Assembly (NCBI GenBank): GCA_029548865.1
Contig: JAKPMO010000002.1
Span: 64,001 to 128,000, forward strand
Direction: 5' to 3'
DNA length: 64,000 bases
Source of the DNA: Caldisericota bacterium
GTDB taxonomy: Bacteria; Caldisericota; Caldisericia; JAAYUI01
A program made the position numbers and the translations under genes. This document shows, in pieces, positions 24,488 to 34,774 of the stretch. The notes beneath the pieces are model-generated. The model worked only from the letters and a program-made list of their open reading frames with translations, was not told the origin of the DNA and searched no databases. Position 1 is the stretch's first letter; each line of letters begins with the position of its first letter.

Positions 24488-27400
24488 TTATTTTGGGCAG
24501 CAGTCCTGGTCCGGGAGTGCCTTCCAGCCTACTATCTCATTGTTGTCATTGATGCACAGCTCTGCGCATCCCTTGTATTGCGAGAGCTTATATCTTCTTG
24601 TTATGTCTATGAGGTCTTCATTTGCCATATAAACGGTCTCGGTCCCGTCACAGCGCTTGAAACCAACCTGCCACTTGTTGTTGGCGTACCTTACATAGCT
24701 GACGATGCCTCTTGTCCACTTGCAGTCCTGGGAACCTACACATGGGCAATCGGTGGCGGTTATTGTCGATGCATAGATGACATATTCCCCCGAGTCAAGG
24801 CGGGTCAATTTTCCGCAAACTTTCCAACATGTCCCAGGTTTTGCGAGGTAGCATATCCTGAGCATGTCGCTAGTCAGGATCACCTTTATTTCCCTGCCTT
24901 TTGCATCTTTGGTGTACAAAACTGGCGGATTTGCATTGCAGTCAGCTTTCAGGACAGTCACGCAATAGCATTCGGTTTGCCCGGAATCGCAGGGGCAATC
25001 CACTTTTTCATACTTTGTGACCTTCATTTTTGCTGGCCCACCCCTTGTTGTCGGGGCGGTCACAATACCACAGACCTTCCAGCATGTGCCTTTCACAAAC
25101 AGTTTGCATATATCCGGCCCGAGCTCCAGCATCCATGTCCTTCCGTTTGACTGTTTGCCGTATGCAATGTATTTCCCTTCTCCACAACTGCTGTCTGTTA
25201 TCTCAAGGCAGATGCATTCTTCTTTCTGGGTTTCCTGGCATGGACACTCGGTTGGTTCTAGTTTGGTGATTTTCAGCCCAAGCCCTGTGGTTGAGGCATC
25301 AATCGGATACTTTACCATCTGGCCACAGACCTTGACGCACCTTCCGGGGACGAGGTAATTGGCCCATTTCTGGCACAATTCCTTTGAAAGAACCAATACT
25401 ATCTCATTCCCGTTCTCGTCCACGCCCCAGACAAGCGGTGGTTCCCTTGTGCAGTCTACCTTTTTGATTGTAACACAGTGGCAAATTTCCTCAGGTGGTT
25501 TTTCTTCACACGGACAGTCCCTCTTTTCGATTTTCAAAAGCTTGAATGATGGTGTTGCACCGGGGTTCTCAACCCATTCGCCACAGACCCACCAGCAAGT
25601 GCCCACTTCTGCCATCTTGCACAAATCGGCAGGAACGGTCATCATGACCGTCTTCTCGCCGATCTTTACATACAGTATGCCTTTCTCACAGTCCCTTCTG
25701 AGTACCTCCATGCAGAAACAGTCAGGTTCTTGTTCTTTGCATGGGCAATCGACTGGGTAGATTTTTGTCAGCTTCAGCACTTTGATGGACACCGTGTCGC
25801 TTATGGCAATCTTTGACCAGACGCCACAAACTTTGATGCATTTTTCTGGCACCAGATAGTTTGCATACCTGTCGCACATCCAGCTTTCGAGAACTAGGGT
25901 GATCTCATTGCCGTTTTCATCGACACCCCAAATCATGGGTGGTTTTGCCGTGCAGTCGACTTTTTTGATCGTGACGCAATGGCATATTTCTTCTGGCGGT
26001 TTTTCTCCACACGGGCAGTCAACCACCTTGATCAGGGAGATTTTCCATGCAATCTGCCCATCTGCCAGTGTTGTTTTGGTTCCACAGACTTCAATGCATT
26101 TGCCTGAGACGAGATAATTGGCGTATTTGTCACAAAGCTCTTTTGAAATCACAAGCACAATGGCGTTTCCGGCCTTGTCCTTGCCCCAGATCATTGGCGG
26201 ATCACTTTCGCATGAAACCTTCTCGATAGTCACGCAAAAACATTCTTCCTTGGGGAGCTGTACGCACGGGCAGTCGACCTGGTTTATGTAGGTCAGCTTT
26301 AATGCCAGTGCGTCAACATTGGGCGCCAAAGCGACCTTGACCATTTTTCCGCAGACCTTGAAACACTTGCCAGGGGAGAGTTTGTCGCCAAACTTCTCGC
26401 ACAGTTCTTTTGTCAGCAGAATGTTTATTTCGTTCCCGTTTTCATCGACACCCATCGCAATTGGCGGGTCTGAATTGCAATCTACTTTTCTTAGTGTCAC
26501 ACAGTGGCAAATCTCCTCTGGTGGCTTATCGCAGGGGCAGTCCCTCTTTTCGTATTTTGTGACCTTAAAATAGGGTGCTGCACTAACCTGCTCTGACCAC
26601 TCGCCACAGACCCACCAGCATGTTCCTGGCTCTGCCATTTTGCAAAGCTCTGGAGGGACCATCAACATGATGGTCTTTTCTCCGATCTTTGCGTACAAAA
26701 TTCCGCGTTCGCAATCTTTTTTCTCAACCTGGACACAGAAGCAGTCTGGTTTTGGCCCCTGTTTGCACGGGCATTCAACAGGGACGATTTTTGTCAGTTT
26801 AAGCACTTCAATGGACACGGTGTCGCTTATGGCAATCTTTGACCAGACGCCACAAACTTTGATGCATTTTTCCGGTACGAGATAATTTGCATACCTGTCG
26901 CACATCCAGCTCTCAAGCACCAGAGTGATCTCGTTGCCGTTTTCATCGACACCCCAAACCACTGGCGGTTTTGCTGTGCAGTCTACTTTTTTGATCGTGA
27001 CGCATCTGCAAATTTCTTCTGGCGGTTTTTCTTCGCATGGGCAATCTGTCTGGCTTATTTTTGTTACCTTCCATACGACAAGTCCGCTTGCAAGCGTTGT
27101 TTTAACTGCACATACCTCGACGCACTTTCCAGGGCCAAGCGCCTCAGCATACTTCAAACATATCTCTTTGCTGACTGCAAGCACGACCTGGTTCCCTTTT
27201 TTGTCCTTGCCCCAGATCATTGGCGGGTCCTGGTCGCATGCAAAGCGGTCAATCGTTACACAGAAGCACTCTTCTTTTGGTTGCTCCGTTCCACAAGGGC
27301 AGTCCCTCTTTTCGTATTTTTCAACCTTGAAATATGGGACAGCACCAGCAACCTCGACCTTTCTTCCGCAGACCCACCAGCATGTTCCGGGCTCTGCCAT

Positions 27401-29887
27401 CTTGCACAGTTCGGCTGATACCGAAAGTATCAGGGTCCTGCCATCGATTGTTGCATAAAGAAGTAGATTCTCGCAATCTTTCTTTTCGATCTTTACGCAG
27501 AAACAGTCAAGCTTTGTTTCTTCCTTGCATGGGCATTCCACCGGGGTGATTGAGGTGACTTCCATATATAGCGCAGAACTTAATGGGCTTGGCTTTGGCA
27601 CCCCACAGACCTTTAAACACTTGCCTGGGACAAGATAGTTGGCATACTTGGCACAGAGTTCCTTTGAGAGACCAAGCGACCACCGTGTTTGTCCACTCTC
27701 GTCTTTCCCAAGTGCCGTCGGGTTCTCACTTGTGCAGTCTACCCTTTCCAGCGTTATGCACAAACATTTCTCTTTTTGCGCTTCACAGGGGCACTCGACA
27801 GGCGCTATTGATGTGACCTTCATTATGACTGCAAGCGTTGAATCCGTGATTATGTAGCAAACTTTCAAGCACTTTCCAGGGACCAGATAGTTTGAATATT
27901 TTTCGCAAAGCTCTTTCGAGAGAAGGAGCGAGAAAAATTTTCCGTTCTCGTCTTTGCCATAAAGCATTGGTTTGTCCGAATTGCAGTCAACCCTCTCTAT
28001 CGTCAGGCAAATGCAATTTTCCTTTTGTTCCTTGATCTTGCACTTGGAACAATCGACCTTTTCTGCCCTTATGACTTTCATCCAGGGCGGGCTGTCGACG
28101 CGGATGATTTCTGGCGGATTTCCACACACCATCCAGCAGGTTCCAGGCTGCATGTCGGCGCACCATTTTGAATCAACGTAGAGTGCCCAAAGCTTGCCAT
28201 TTTCATCATAGCCATAAACGGTTGGCTGGGTTGCATTGCAATCCACGCGGTCAATCTTTACGCAGAAGCATTTTTCATCTGGTTTGCACTGCTCGCACTC
28301 GATTTTTTCAAATCTTACAACCTTGATCCTCTTCGCCTGTACATATGTTGTTGCTGTGGATTGTGGTTGGACATGCCCGCAGATTATGTAGCAGGAACCT
28401 AGTTTCAGCTCCAGGCACATCTTCTCGTCCAGTTCCATCACCCACGGTTTGCCGTTTTTGTCGGTGCCCCATGCCATTGGCGGTGCGCTTGCACAGTCGA
28501 CCTTTTCGATCTTCATGCAGAGACACCTTGGTGCCTGGTTGCCACCGCATGGGCAATCGACTTTTACCGCCCTTGTAACCTTCATTCTTGGCGGGAAGGA
28601 TGCAGAAATGGTATTTGCAGTTGTCACCCCAACAGTCCCGCAAACTTTCCAGCATGTTCCAGGTGTCATTTGCTGACAGAGGCTGGCATCAACTTGCAAG
28701 ATCCATTTCTGGTTCTTTTCATCGACACCATAAACAACAGGAGGGTTTTCCGAACAGTTCTGGGTTTCAATCGTTACGCACATGCACTTGTAGTCCGGGT
28801 ACGGCTCTGGTTTGCATGGGCAATCGGCCTGTTTTACGACCGTCGCGATGAAATAGGTGTTTAGAGCTGTTGCTGTGGTTGGTGTTGAGGCACCTTGCCT
28901 GATTGAACCACAGAATGTGTAGCACCCGCCTTCCTTTACTTTAAGGCACAGTTCTTTTGAAAGGTATATCCGCCACTCTTTGCCATTGGCATCTTTTCCA
29001 TAGACAACTGGCGGTTTTGCATTGCAGTCAACCTTTGATACTGTGACACACATGCACCTTCTGCAATTTGGGTCACCAAACAGCAACTGGACAATCTTGG
29101 TGGCCTCGAACCATTTGATGTCTTCGGGGCCTGTTGCGCCAAGGTTTTCGGCCACAAACCTCATTGGGAGGACTGTCCTTCCACCCACTATGAAGGCAAC
29201 CACTTGTGGGTTGTTCGGGTCAATCTGGACAGGATTTCCATTTACCTTTGCTGTTGGATTTCCGATCTGGATTTCCAGCGTCTGGCCATCGAGTGTTTTT
29301 ATTGCGACGGTTTTTGTCGATGCGTCATAGGCAATCGTTGCTCCGATTTCCTCGGCCACATACCTTATGAGCAGGAACATGCGGTTTTGTGTAAGAATTG
29401 GTGCCGCCTCCATCGGGCCTTTCTGTACATCCCCAGATTTGTAGTATTTATTGCCAATCTGGTATTCCAGCATCAGCCTGCAATCTTCATTCTCTGGCGG
29501 TATTTCCTCAGGAGGATTTTCGCAAGTTGGTGTCCCGCAGGCCTCTTTGGATTGTGTAAACTCATTTGCATTTGCATCCACTGCCCTGACAAAATAACAA
29601 TATTTTGTGCCATTTATGATGTTGATTTCATCTTTGAATACATTATCCGGGATTGGAAAATCTGTCAGCGGGGTGTCGAATTCGGCGCCCTCGGAGGGGC
29701 CCCTGTAAATCCAGTAGTTTATTGCTCCTGCTACTTTCTCCCATTTGAGCACGTTGTAGCCACAGCCTGGTGTTACCTCCAAACTAAACGTTGGTGTAAG
29801 TGAATATGTGTTGCTAAAAGAGAATGGAGTAAAAATAGAGCTTGTCATGGCCAGAACGGTCAGCCAAATAAATAGATTTCTCCTCAT
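24488..29887 (-). CDS. 1799-aa secreted protein: Fn3 + copper amine oxidase-like stalk domain + 17 tandem 8-Cys repeats + divergent C-terminal Cys domain
   Basis: AAAGGAG SD; signal peptide; Fn3 (LKW..YWIYR..YCYFVRAVD); stalk motif GRTVLPMRFVAENLGA; repeats CxC-x7-C..C..GxCxxxCG..CPC. Confidence 0.92.
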   Translation of the reverse strand: MRRNLFIWLTVLAMTSSIFTPFSFSNTYSLTPTFSLEVTPGCGYNVLKWEKVAGAINYWIYRGPSEGAEFDTPLTDFPIPDNVFKDEINIINGTKYCYFVRAVDANANEFTQSKEACGTPTCENPPEEIPPENEDCRLMLEYQIGNKYYKSGDVQKGPMEAAPILTQNRMFLLIRYVAEEIGATIAYDASTKTVAIKTLDGQTLEIQIGNPTAKVNGNPVQIDPNNPQVVAFIVGGRTVLPMRFVAENLGATGPEDIKWFEATKIVQLLFGDPNCRRCMCVTVSKVDCNAKPPVVYGKDANGKEWRIYLSKELCLKVKEGGCYTFCGSIRQGASTPTTATALNTYFIATVVKQADCPCKPEPYPDYKCMCVTIETQNCSENPPVVYGVDEKNQKWILQVDASLCQQMTPGTCWKVCGTVGVTTANTISASFPPRMKVTRAVKVDCPCGGNQAPRCLCMKIEKVDCASAPPMAWGTDKNGKPWVMELDEKMCLELKLGSCYIICGHVQPQSTATTYVQAKRIKVVRFEKIECEQCKPDEKCFCVKIDRVDCNATQPTVYGYDENGKLWALYVDSKWCADMQPGTCWMVCGNPPEIIRVDSPPWMKVIRAEKVDCSKCKIKEQKENCICLTIERVDCNSDKPMLYGKDENGKFFSLLLSKELCEKYSNYLVPGKCLKVCYIITDSTLAVIMKVTSIAPVECPCEAQKEKCLCITLERVDCTSENPTALGKDESGQTRWSLGLSKELCAKYANYLVPGKCLKVCGVPKPSPLSSALYMEVTSITPVECPCKEETKLDCFCVKIEKKDCENLLLYATIDGRTLILSVSAELCKMAEPGTCWWVCGRKVEVAGAVPYFKVEKYEKRDCPCGTEQPKEECFCVTIDRFACDQDPPMIWGKDKKGNQVVLAVSKEICLKYAEALGPGKCVEVCAVKTTLASGLVVWKVTKISQTDCPCEEKPPEEICRCVTIKKVDCTAKPPVVWGVDENGNEITLVLESWMCDRYANYLVPEKCIKVCGVWSKIAISDTVSIEVLKLTKIVPVECPCKQGPKPDCFCVQVEKKDCERGILYAKIGEKTIMLMVPPELCKMAEPGTCWWVCGEWSEQVSAAPYFKVTKYEKRDCPCDKPPEEICHCVTLRKVDCNSDPPIAMGVDENGNEINILLTKELCEKFGDKLSPGKCFKVCGKMVKVALAPNVDALALKLTYINQVDCPCVQLPKEECFCVTIEKVSCESDPPMIWGKDKAGNAIVLVISKELCDKYANYLVSGKCIEVCGTKTTLADGQIAWKISLIKVVDCPCGEKPPEEICHCVTIKKVDCTAKPPMIWGVDENGNEITLVLESWMCDRYANYLVPEKCIKVCGVWSKIAISDTVSIKVLKLTKIYPVDCPCKEQEPDCFCMEVLRRDCEKGILYVKIGEKTVMMTVPADLCKMAEVGTCWWVCGEWVENPGATPSFKLLKIEKRDCPCEEKPPEEICHCVTIKKVDCTREPPLVWGVDENGNEIVLVLSKELCQKWANYLVPGRCVKVCGQMVKYPIDASTTGLGLKITKLEPTECPCQETQKEECICLEITDSSCGEGKYIAYGKQSNGRTWMLELGPDICKLFVKGTCWKVCGIVTAPTTRGGPAKMKVTKYEKVDCPCDSGQTECYCVTVLKADCNANPPVLYTKDAKGREIKVILTSDMLRICYLAKPGTCWKVCGKLTRLDSGEYVIYASTITATDCPCVGSQDCKWTRGIVSYVRYANNKWQVGFKRCDGTETVYMANEDLIDITRRYKLSQYKGCAELCINDNNEIVGWKALPDQDCCPK
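24491..29056 (-). repeat. Intragenic tandem array of ~255-bp Cys-rich coding repeats with a ~1026-bp higher-order duplication
   Basis: Identical ~53-bp blocks at 25794 and 26820; TTGTCCTTGCCCCAGATCATTGGCGG at 26175 and 27201 (offset 1026). Confidence 0.9.
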
Positions 29888-30299
29888 ATAGTGCTCCTTT
29901 CACGTGACGAAATATATGCAACAAAATCAGTCGTAGCTAATATTAAATTGCTCTTTATATGCGCTGTCAATAAGTGGATTTTTTTATAATCTCAATTTTA
30001 TTTGGACCCTGTTTGTGATTTTTATCTGTTTGAATATGTCTGTTGGGCATTTTTCCTGTTTGGAAAATCTTGTATCTCTATTTTTATGGTGTTTGAGTTT
30101 TTGCTTTTTTCTTCTTTAATGCAAGTTTTGATCTGGCAGAAAATATTTTCGCCTTGTCGGTCGTGTTTTTTTGTTTGTTGTCAAATTGTGGCCCAAGTTA
30201 AGGATTTTGTTAAAAAGACAAGGTCTTGTCCGTGTTTATTTAAACTGGCCTATCTATAATAAAAACATGGGTGCCAAAGACAGGCAAGGAGGGTTCAGA

Positions 30300-33200
30300 A
30301 TGAGGAGAAATTTTGTTTTTTCGCTTTTGGTTGCAGTTCTTGTATTTTCAATCTTTTTTGTCAATATGCCACATATTTTTGCGCTGCTGGGGCCTATCCA
30401 TGTTGAGCTTAATATTATGGGAGATTCACCATCCTCGGTGAGGGCTGGCCAGGCGACTGCTTTCAAAATCCACATCAGGTTTAATGTAAACATCAGGGTC
30501 CACGACTGGGTGAAGGTCTGGTTCCCGATTGACGAGGCCTCGTGCAAGCTGGAGGACATCTGTGACGGGATGCCGAAAATCACTGGCGCAAAAGAGCACC
30601 CAAGGTTTGTGCCAAATGATGAGTACTTCAAGAAATACAACAACGAAGAGGAAGCAAAAATTGGGAAGCTTTATGAAGCGCTAGATGATAGAAGGGGAAA
30701 AACCAGCTTTGAGAAATGCGAGTGTGAGGATGGTGCTCCGCCGTACAGCAACTGCGCACCTGAGGGCAATTGCAGGATAATTGCCGATCCATCTGGCCTG
30801 GGGTGCTGGATGACCGGTATGGTCATGCCTGCACTGCCAAGAGATGAAAAAAAGCGTTATGAATTAATGCATTCGATAATACATGAAGCAAGGCTTGGTT
30901 ACTATGATGATTGTTATTGCAGTGGTATACCAATAATTATTAATACATACAAAGAGCGATCTTTGCAAATCAATTCCCCACTCGAAGTCGAAGCATGGCG
31001 GAAGGGATACAATCCAATTGATTATAATATTGGAAAAGGGGCTGGCATCCTTGCCCCGATGACACCCGGAAGATACAGGCTTTCTGTTGCAACAGCGCCG
31101 GAGCCAACGCCTGTCGAATCGGAATACTTTGTTTTCCCGTGTTCCCAAATTTCAAGGCCGGTCGTGACGCTTGCTGGTTCCGATCCGGGCGAGCCAAGCG
31201 ACATTGCAATAAAATTCAGTGTTGGCGATGGTGGCGCACTGGACAAGGGAAAATCGAAAATCTGGGTGCGCTTTCCAGAGAGTTTTGTTTTTCCGGAGGC
31301 AATAAATGCCAGGCATGTAAAAATAAACGGGGATACCCTTGAGGCAAGCCCAAAGATTGACAGCCAGTCGCACGCCATCGAGATCACCTGTCCGGTGAAC
31401 ATAAATAATGCTGGAGAGGTCAACATCGCCTTTTCCCCAGAGGCCGGAATAAGAAACCCTCCCAAGGAGACAGAGGCAACACTTACCGTGTGGACAGACC
31501 CGGAACCGGAAAAAGTCGAGTCACTGCCGTTTGTGGTCGAGACGAAGCCAAGGGTGGAAGTGAAACCCAATATCTTCAGCAACATTGCCGAATATTACGC
31601 AGTGGCTTTGCTCCCCGACGGGCCAATAAAGGCCGGAAAGGAATTCAAAATCATTTTCCCGGACGGCACTTTGCTGCCAGAAACTATTGCCTCTTCAAGC
31701 ATTGTTCTTAATGGAAGGAAGTATGACGGAAAGACATCGATAGGCTGGCAAACCGTTTCGCTCAGGTCGTACTTCGACATTGTGGATGCCCTGAAAATCA
31801 GGTTCCTCAAAACTGCCGGCATCAGGAACCCCCTGCCCGGCGAATACGAGCTCTCATACGAAGTGGATGGCAAGGGGTATGCTTTCCCAAAATACATCAT
31901 TTCAGACAGGCATGAAGTCCTTGATCTCATGCTAAGCGACTACCAGGGCTGTGAGCGGTCCGGATACAAATTCACCTACATACCATCCTACAGAGGTGAT
32001 CTTGAGCCTGGCGACAAGCTGACGGTGGAGTTCCCGTGGGACACAAGCATTCCGAAGGTGATACCAAATGACGCAGTTCTGGTTGGCGACAAACCTTCAA
32101 GATCGGTGTCGGTTGACGGCCTCAAGCTCACCATAACAACAGACACGGCAATCAAAACTGCAGATGGCGGTGCAGTTGTGTATATCACATGGGACGCTGG
32201 TATCATAAACACGAGATATTCCGGGAAGTACAATCTCAAAATCTGGACAGAGAAGGATGAACCGGTGTTTTCTCCGGAATTTGCCATCACCATGCCAAAA
32301 GTGGAATCATGGCTTGAATTCAAGGACCCTGCACAGCCGGATGGCCTTGAATATGGTGGCTGTCTCTGGTACAAGACGCCGCCAATCCTCTCGATAACAA
32401 GCTGCAATCCTCTTGCAAAGATATTTATGTGGTACGACAACAAGACCGATTCAATCAGACAATACACCGGTGAAAAGAGGCTGGACTATGGCTTGTTCCG
32501 TGCAACAATCTGGTATTACGCACAGGTTGGAGACATCAAGGAAGAACCGAAATTCATGCATCTTTGTCTGGATACGGTTATGCCAAGGTTTTCGATCGCC
32601 AAACCTGACAAGCAGGTAGTTATTGCCAATAAAAGAACTTACGTTGTCAAAGGCGAACGCGAGCCATGCGAAATGCTCACCGATGGTGACGCTGAAAAAT
32701 ACCAGGCAGTTGACGGCATTTATGTCAACGGCAAGGAGCTCCTCGCCCCGGAGATATTTGAGACCGTGAGCAGGGACGAGATTAAAATGACCTTTGAGAC
32801 AACGATTGACCTGAAAGAGGGGTCAAATGTTGTCGAGATAAGGGGCATTGACCAGGCAGGAAACGAGAAGATTGAGAAGAGAACAATTATTCTGGACACC
32901 ATTCCACCAACAATAGAAATTGTTCGGCCGGACCCAAAAGAACTCCAGAAGCCGGGTGAAAACATCGCAATCCAGGTCAAGTCTGAGACCGATGCCTCAG
33001 TGTTTATCGACGGCCAGATTGCCCAGAAGATAGAGGAGCTTCCAGATGGGAAAACAGCCATCTTTGAAGGTGTCTGGGATGTCGTAGAAGGCGAGAACAA
33101 AGTTAAAATCTTTTCCACCGATGTGGCGGGGAACACTGCAGTAGCCTACCTCACATTCAAGGGTGGAACAAAGGCTGTTACCATCGAGCTCTGGATTGGA

Positions 33201-33608
33201 AAGACCGACTTCGTGGTCAACGGGAAAAAGATGCCAAATCTCGCCACAGCACCAACAGCCTCTTCGCCACCACTTCCAAAAGCATTTGCTGGCACAACAT
33301 TCATGCCGATTGCTGATGTCGCAAAAGCGCTTGGCGCGGAGGTCAATTGGGATGCAAAAACCAAAATGATTGCACTTACTCAAACCCTCGACAATGGCAC
33401 CAAAAAAGTCATCCAGCTGTGGATTGGCAAGAAGCAGGCAAAGATTGACGGCAAGGAAGTCTGGATTGATGCAAAAAAGGTCCTTTACCCAACAATCATC
33501 TCTGGAAAGACGTTGCTTCCGCTCAGGTTTATCGCCGAGAACCTGAATTGTGACGTGCAGTATGATGCAAAAACAAAAAAGATAACACTGACCCACCCAA
33601 AACCATGA
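30300..33608 (+). CDS. Large secreted multi-Ig-domain protein with C-terminal copper amine oxidase-like stalk domain
   Basis: AGGAGGG SD; signal peptide; repeated FP....P..I....V.ING..AGIRNP modules; DQAGN/DVAGN Ig domains; GKTLLPLRFIAENLNC. Confidence 0.88.
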   Translation: MRRNFVFSLLVAVLVFSIFFVNMPHIFALLGPIHVELNIMGDSPSSVRAGQATAFKIHIRFNVNIRVHDWVKVWFPIDEASCKLEDICDGMPKITGAKEHPRFVPNDEYFKKYNNEEEAKIGKLYEALDDRRGKTSFEKCECEDGAPPYSNCAPEGNCRIIADPSGLGCWMTGMVMPALPRDEKKRYELMHSIIHEARLGYYDDCYCSGIPIIINTYKERSLQINSPLEVEAWRKGYNPIDYNIGKGAGILAPMTPGRYRLSVATAPEPTPVESEYFVFPCSQISRPVVTLAGSDPGEPSDIAIKFSVGDGGALDKGKSKIWVRFPESFVFPEAINARHVKINGDTLEASPKIDSQSHAIEITCPVNINNAGEVNIAFSPEAGIRNPPKETEATLTVWTDPEPEKVESLPFVVETKPRVEVKPNIFSNIAEYYAVALLPDGPIKAGKEFKIIFPDGTLLPETIASSSIVLNGRKYDGKTSIGWQTVSLRSYFDIVDALKIRFLKTAGIRNPLPGEYELSYEVDGKGYAFPKYIISDRHEVLDLMLSDYQGCERSGYKFTYIPSYRGDLEPGDKLTVEFPWDTSIPKVIPNDAVLVGDKPSRSVSVDGLKLTITTDTAIKTADGGAVVYITWDAGIINTRYSGKYNLKIWTEKDEPVFSPEFAITMPKVESWLEFKDPAQPDGLEYGGCLWYKTPPILSITSCNPLAKIFMWYDNKTDSIRQYTGEKRLDYGLFRATIWYYAQVGDIKEEPKFMHLCLDTVMPRFSIAKPDKQVVIANKRTYVVKGEREPCEMLTDGDAEKYQAVDGIYVNGKELLAPEIFETVSRDEIKMTFETTIDLKEGSNVVEIRGIDQAGNEKIEKRTIILDTIPPTIEIVRPDPKELQKPGENIAIQVKSETDASVFIDGQIAQKIEELPDGKTAIFEGVWDVVEGENKVKIFSTDVAGNTAVAYLTFKGGTKAVTIELWIGKTDFVVNGKKMPNLATAPTASSPPLPKAFAGTTFMPIADVAKALGAEVNWDAKTKMIALTQTLDNGTKKVIQLWIGKKQAKIDGKEVWIDAKKVLYPTIISGKTLLPLRFIAENLNCDVQYDAKTKKITLTHPKP

Positions 33609-33664
33609 TTGTTTATTGGTGAGAACTAGATTTTAGGGTTTTGCCTGGTCTCAAGAAGCTGGGC

Positions 33665-34108
33665 TTATTTGCCAGGGTCCTCGCCCTTTTTGAGTTTTTC
33701 GACCATCTGAATGATTTTGCTTTTCATTTTTGCCATGTATTCTGTCTCAAACTGCATTTTGCCTTTGAGTGTTTCGTGCTGGGGGTCTGCAGTTGTTGAT
33801 CTCATGATCATTGCCTTGTCTTCAATGGCCTTGCCGGCAGACATTCTCCATTCCTTGTAGGTTTCAGAGAGCTGGCTGTTTTTGTACTCGGTCCAGTCCC
33901 AAATCGGCTTTGAGAGCTCAGATGGTTTTTTTCCATTGTTTTTTGTGATGGAGTCGATAATTTCCGATGTTTTTTGTTCTATCTGCACGAAGGAATCGTA
34001 GACCTTTTGCTCGTTGTCGTTCCAGGTGATTTTGCCACTGCCACCGCAAGAAACTAGCACTAAGGCCGAAGTGGCCACCAGGATGCAGCATAATGTTTTC
34101 AGGTTCAT
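33665..34108 (-). CDS. Hypothetical lipoprotein
   Basis: AGGAGG SD before MNLKT; lipobox LVSC; helical mature part. Confidence 0.75.
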   Translation of the reverse strand: MNLKTLCCILVATSALVLVSCGGSGKITWNDNEQKVYDSFVQIEQKTSEIIDSITKNNGKKPSELSKPIWDWTEYKNSQLSETYKEWRMSAGKAIEDKAMIMRSTTADPQHETLKGKMQFETEYMAKMKSKIIQMVEKLKKGEDPGK

Positions 34109-34112
34109 GTTT

Positions 34113-34601
34113 TTATTTCCTCCTTGCGTTGCCGACTCTGGGAGTCGGGGAATTTTCAAAAAGCATGTTTTTTGTCCAGACGAGTGCGCCGGATATGGCA
34201 AAACCTCCAAGGCACAACAAGATCGGGCCTGTCTGGTTGAATATTGCGCCAACAACCGTTTGCCCCGTGATGAGATTTGCCAGCTCGTGGCATGCCCATG
34301 TCAACGCCCATGAGACGAGCCCAAGCCCTGCGGACACAGTCAGGGTGGTCATGAAACTTGATTTTGTTGGGGTTGCAAACCCAAAGATAGATAAAATCTG
34401 GTTTTCATGGAGTTTTTTGCCAAAAATGAAACCCAAAATCAAAAAGAGACCCAGAAACACCAGCCAGCCTGCAAGGAAAGATACTTTTGAGACCACAACG
34501 CCAATATTTCCGCCAAAAACTGCAAAGCACGCCGTTGTAAATACATATAAAAGCGAGCCTTCCAGTAAAGCGTTTATTGCCCATCCAAATCTTGGTTTCA
34601 C
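34113..34601 (-). CDS. Hypothetical 4-TM membrane protein
   Basis: Hydrophobic helices; 4 nt upstream of the lipoprotein start. Confidence 0.6.
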   Translation of the reverse strand: MKPRFGWAINALLEGSLLYVFTTACFAVFGGNIGVVVSKVSFLAGWLVFLGLFLILGFIFGKKLHENQILSIFGFATPTKSSFMTTLTVSAGLGLVSWALTWACHELANLITGQTVVGAIFNQTGPILLCLGGFAISGALVWTKNMLFENSPTPRVGNARRK

Positions 34602-34721
34602 GCCCTTCTATTTATCCAGAATGGTTGCTCTAGTCAACAAACATGGTTGTAGAAAAAGAGGATTTTGTTATTTGGCTGGTTGTGGAAAGGCCGGGCCATT
34701 TGTTGGGGCCGACCTGAAATT

Positions 34722-34754
34722 AAAAAAGGCCGGGTTTTATCTGCCCGGCCTTTT
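34722..34754 (-). terminator. Terminator after the SIMPL gene
   Basis: AAAAAAGGCCGGG..CCCGGCCTTTT. Confidence 0.7.
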
Positions 34755-34774
34755 AGATGTTCATCTTTTTTCTT

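Noticed and set aside
24491..29056. Possible CRISPR array or DGR template/variable repeat pair
   Set aside because: Repeats are in-frame, ~255 bp and degenerate, with no spacer structure. Differences did not look adenine-specific by eye, and no cas or reverse transcriptase gene is in the window.
24362..29803. Many plus-strand ORFs with repeated text opposite the Cys-rich gene
   Set aside because: Antisense mirror of the coding repeats.
30002..30259. 85-aa Phe-rich ORF in the AT-rich spacer
   Set aside because: TTG start without SD; composition reflects T-rich promoter DNA.
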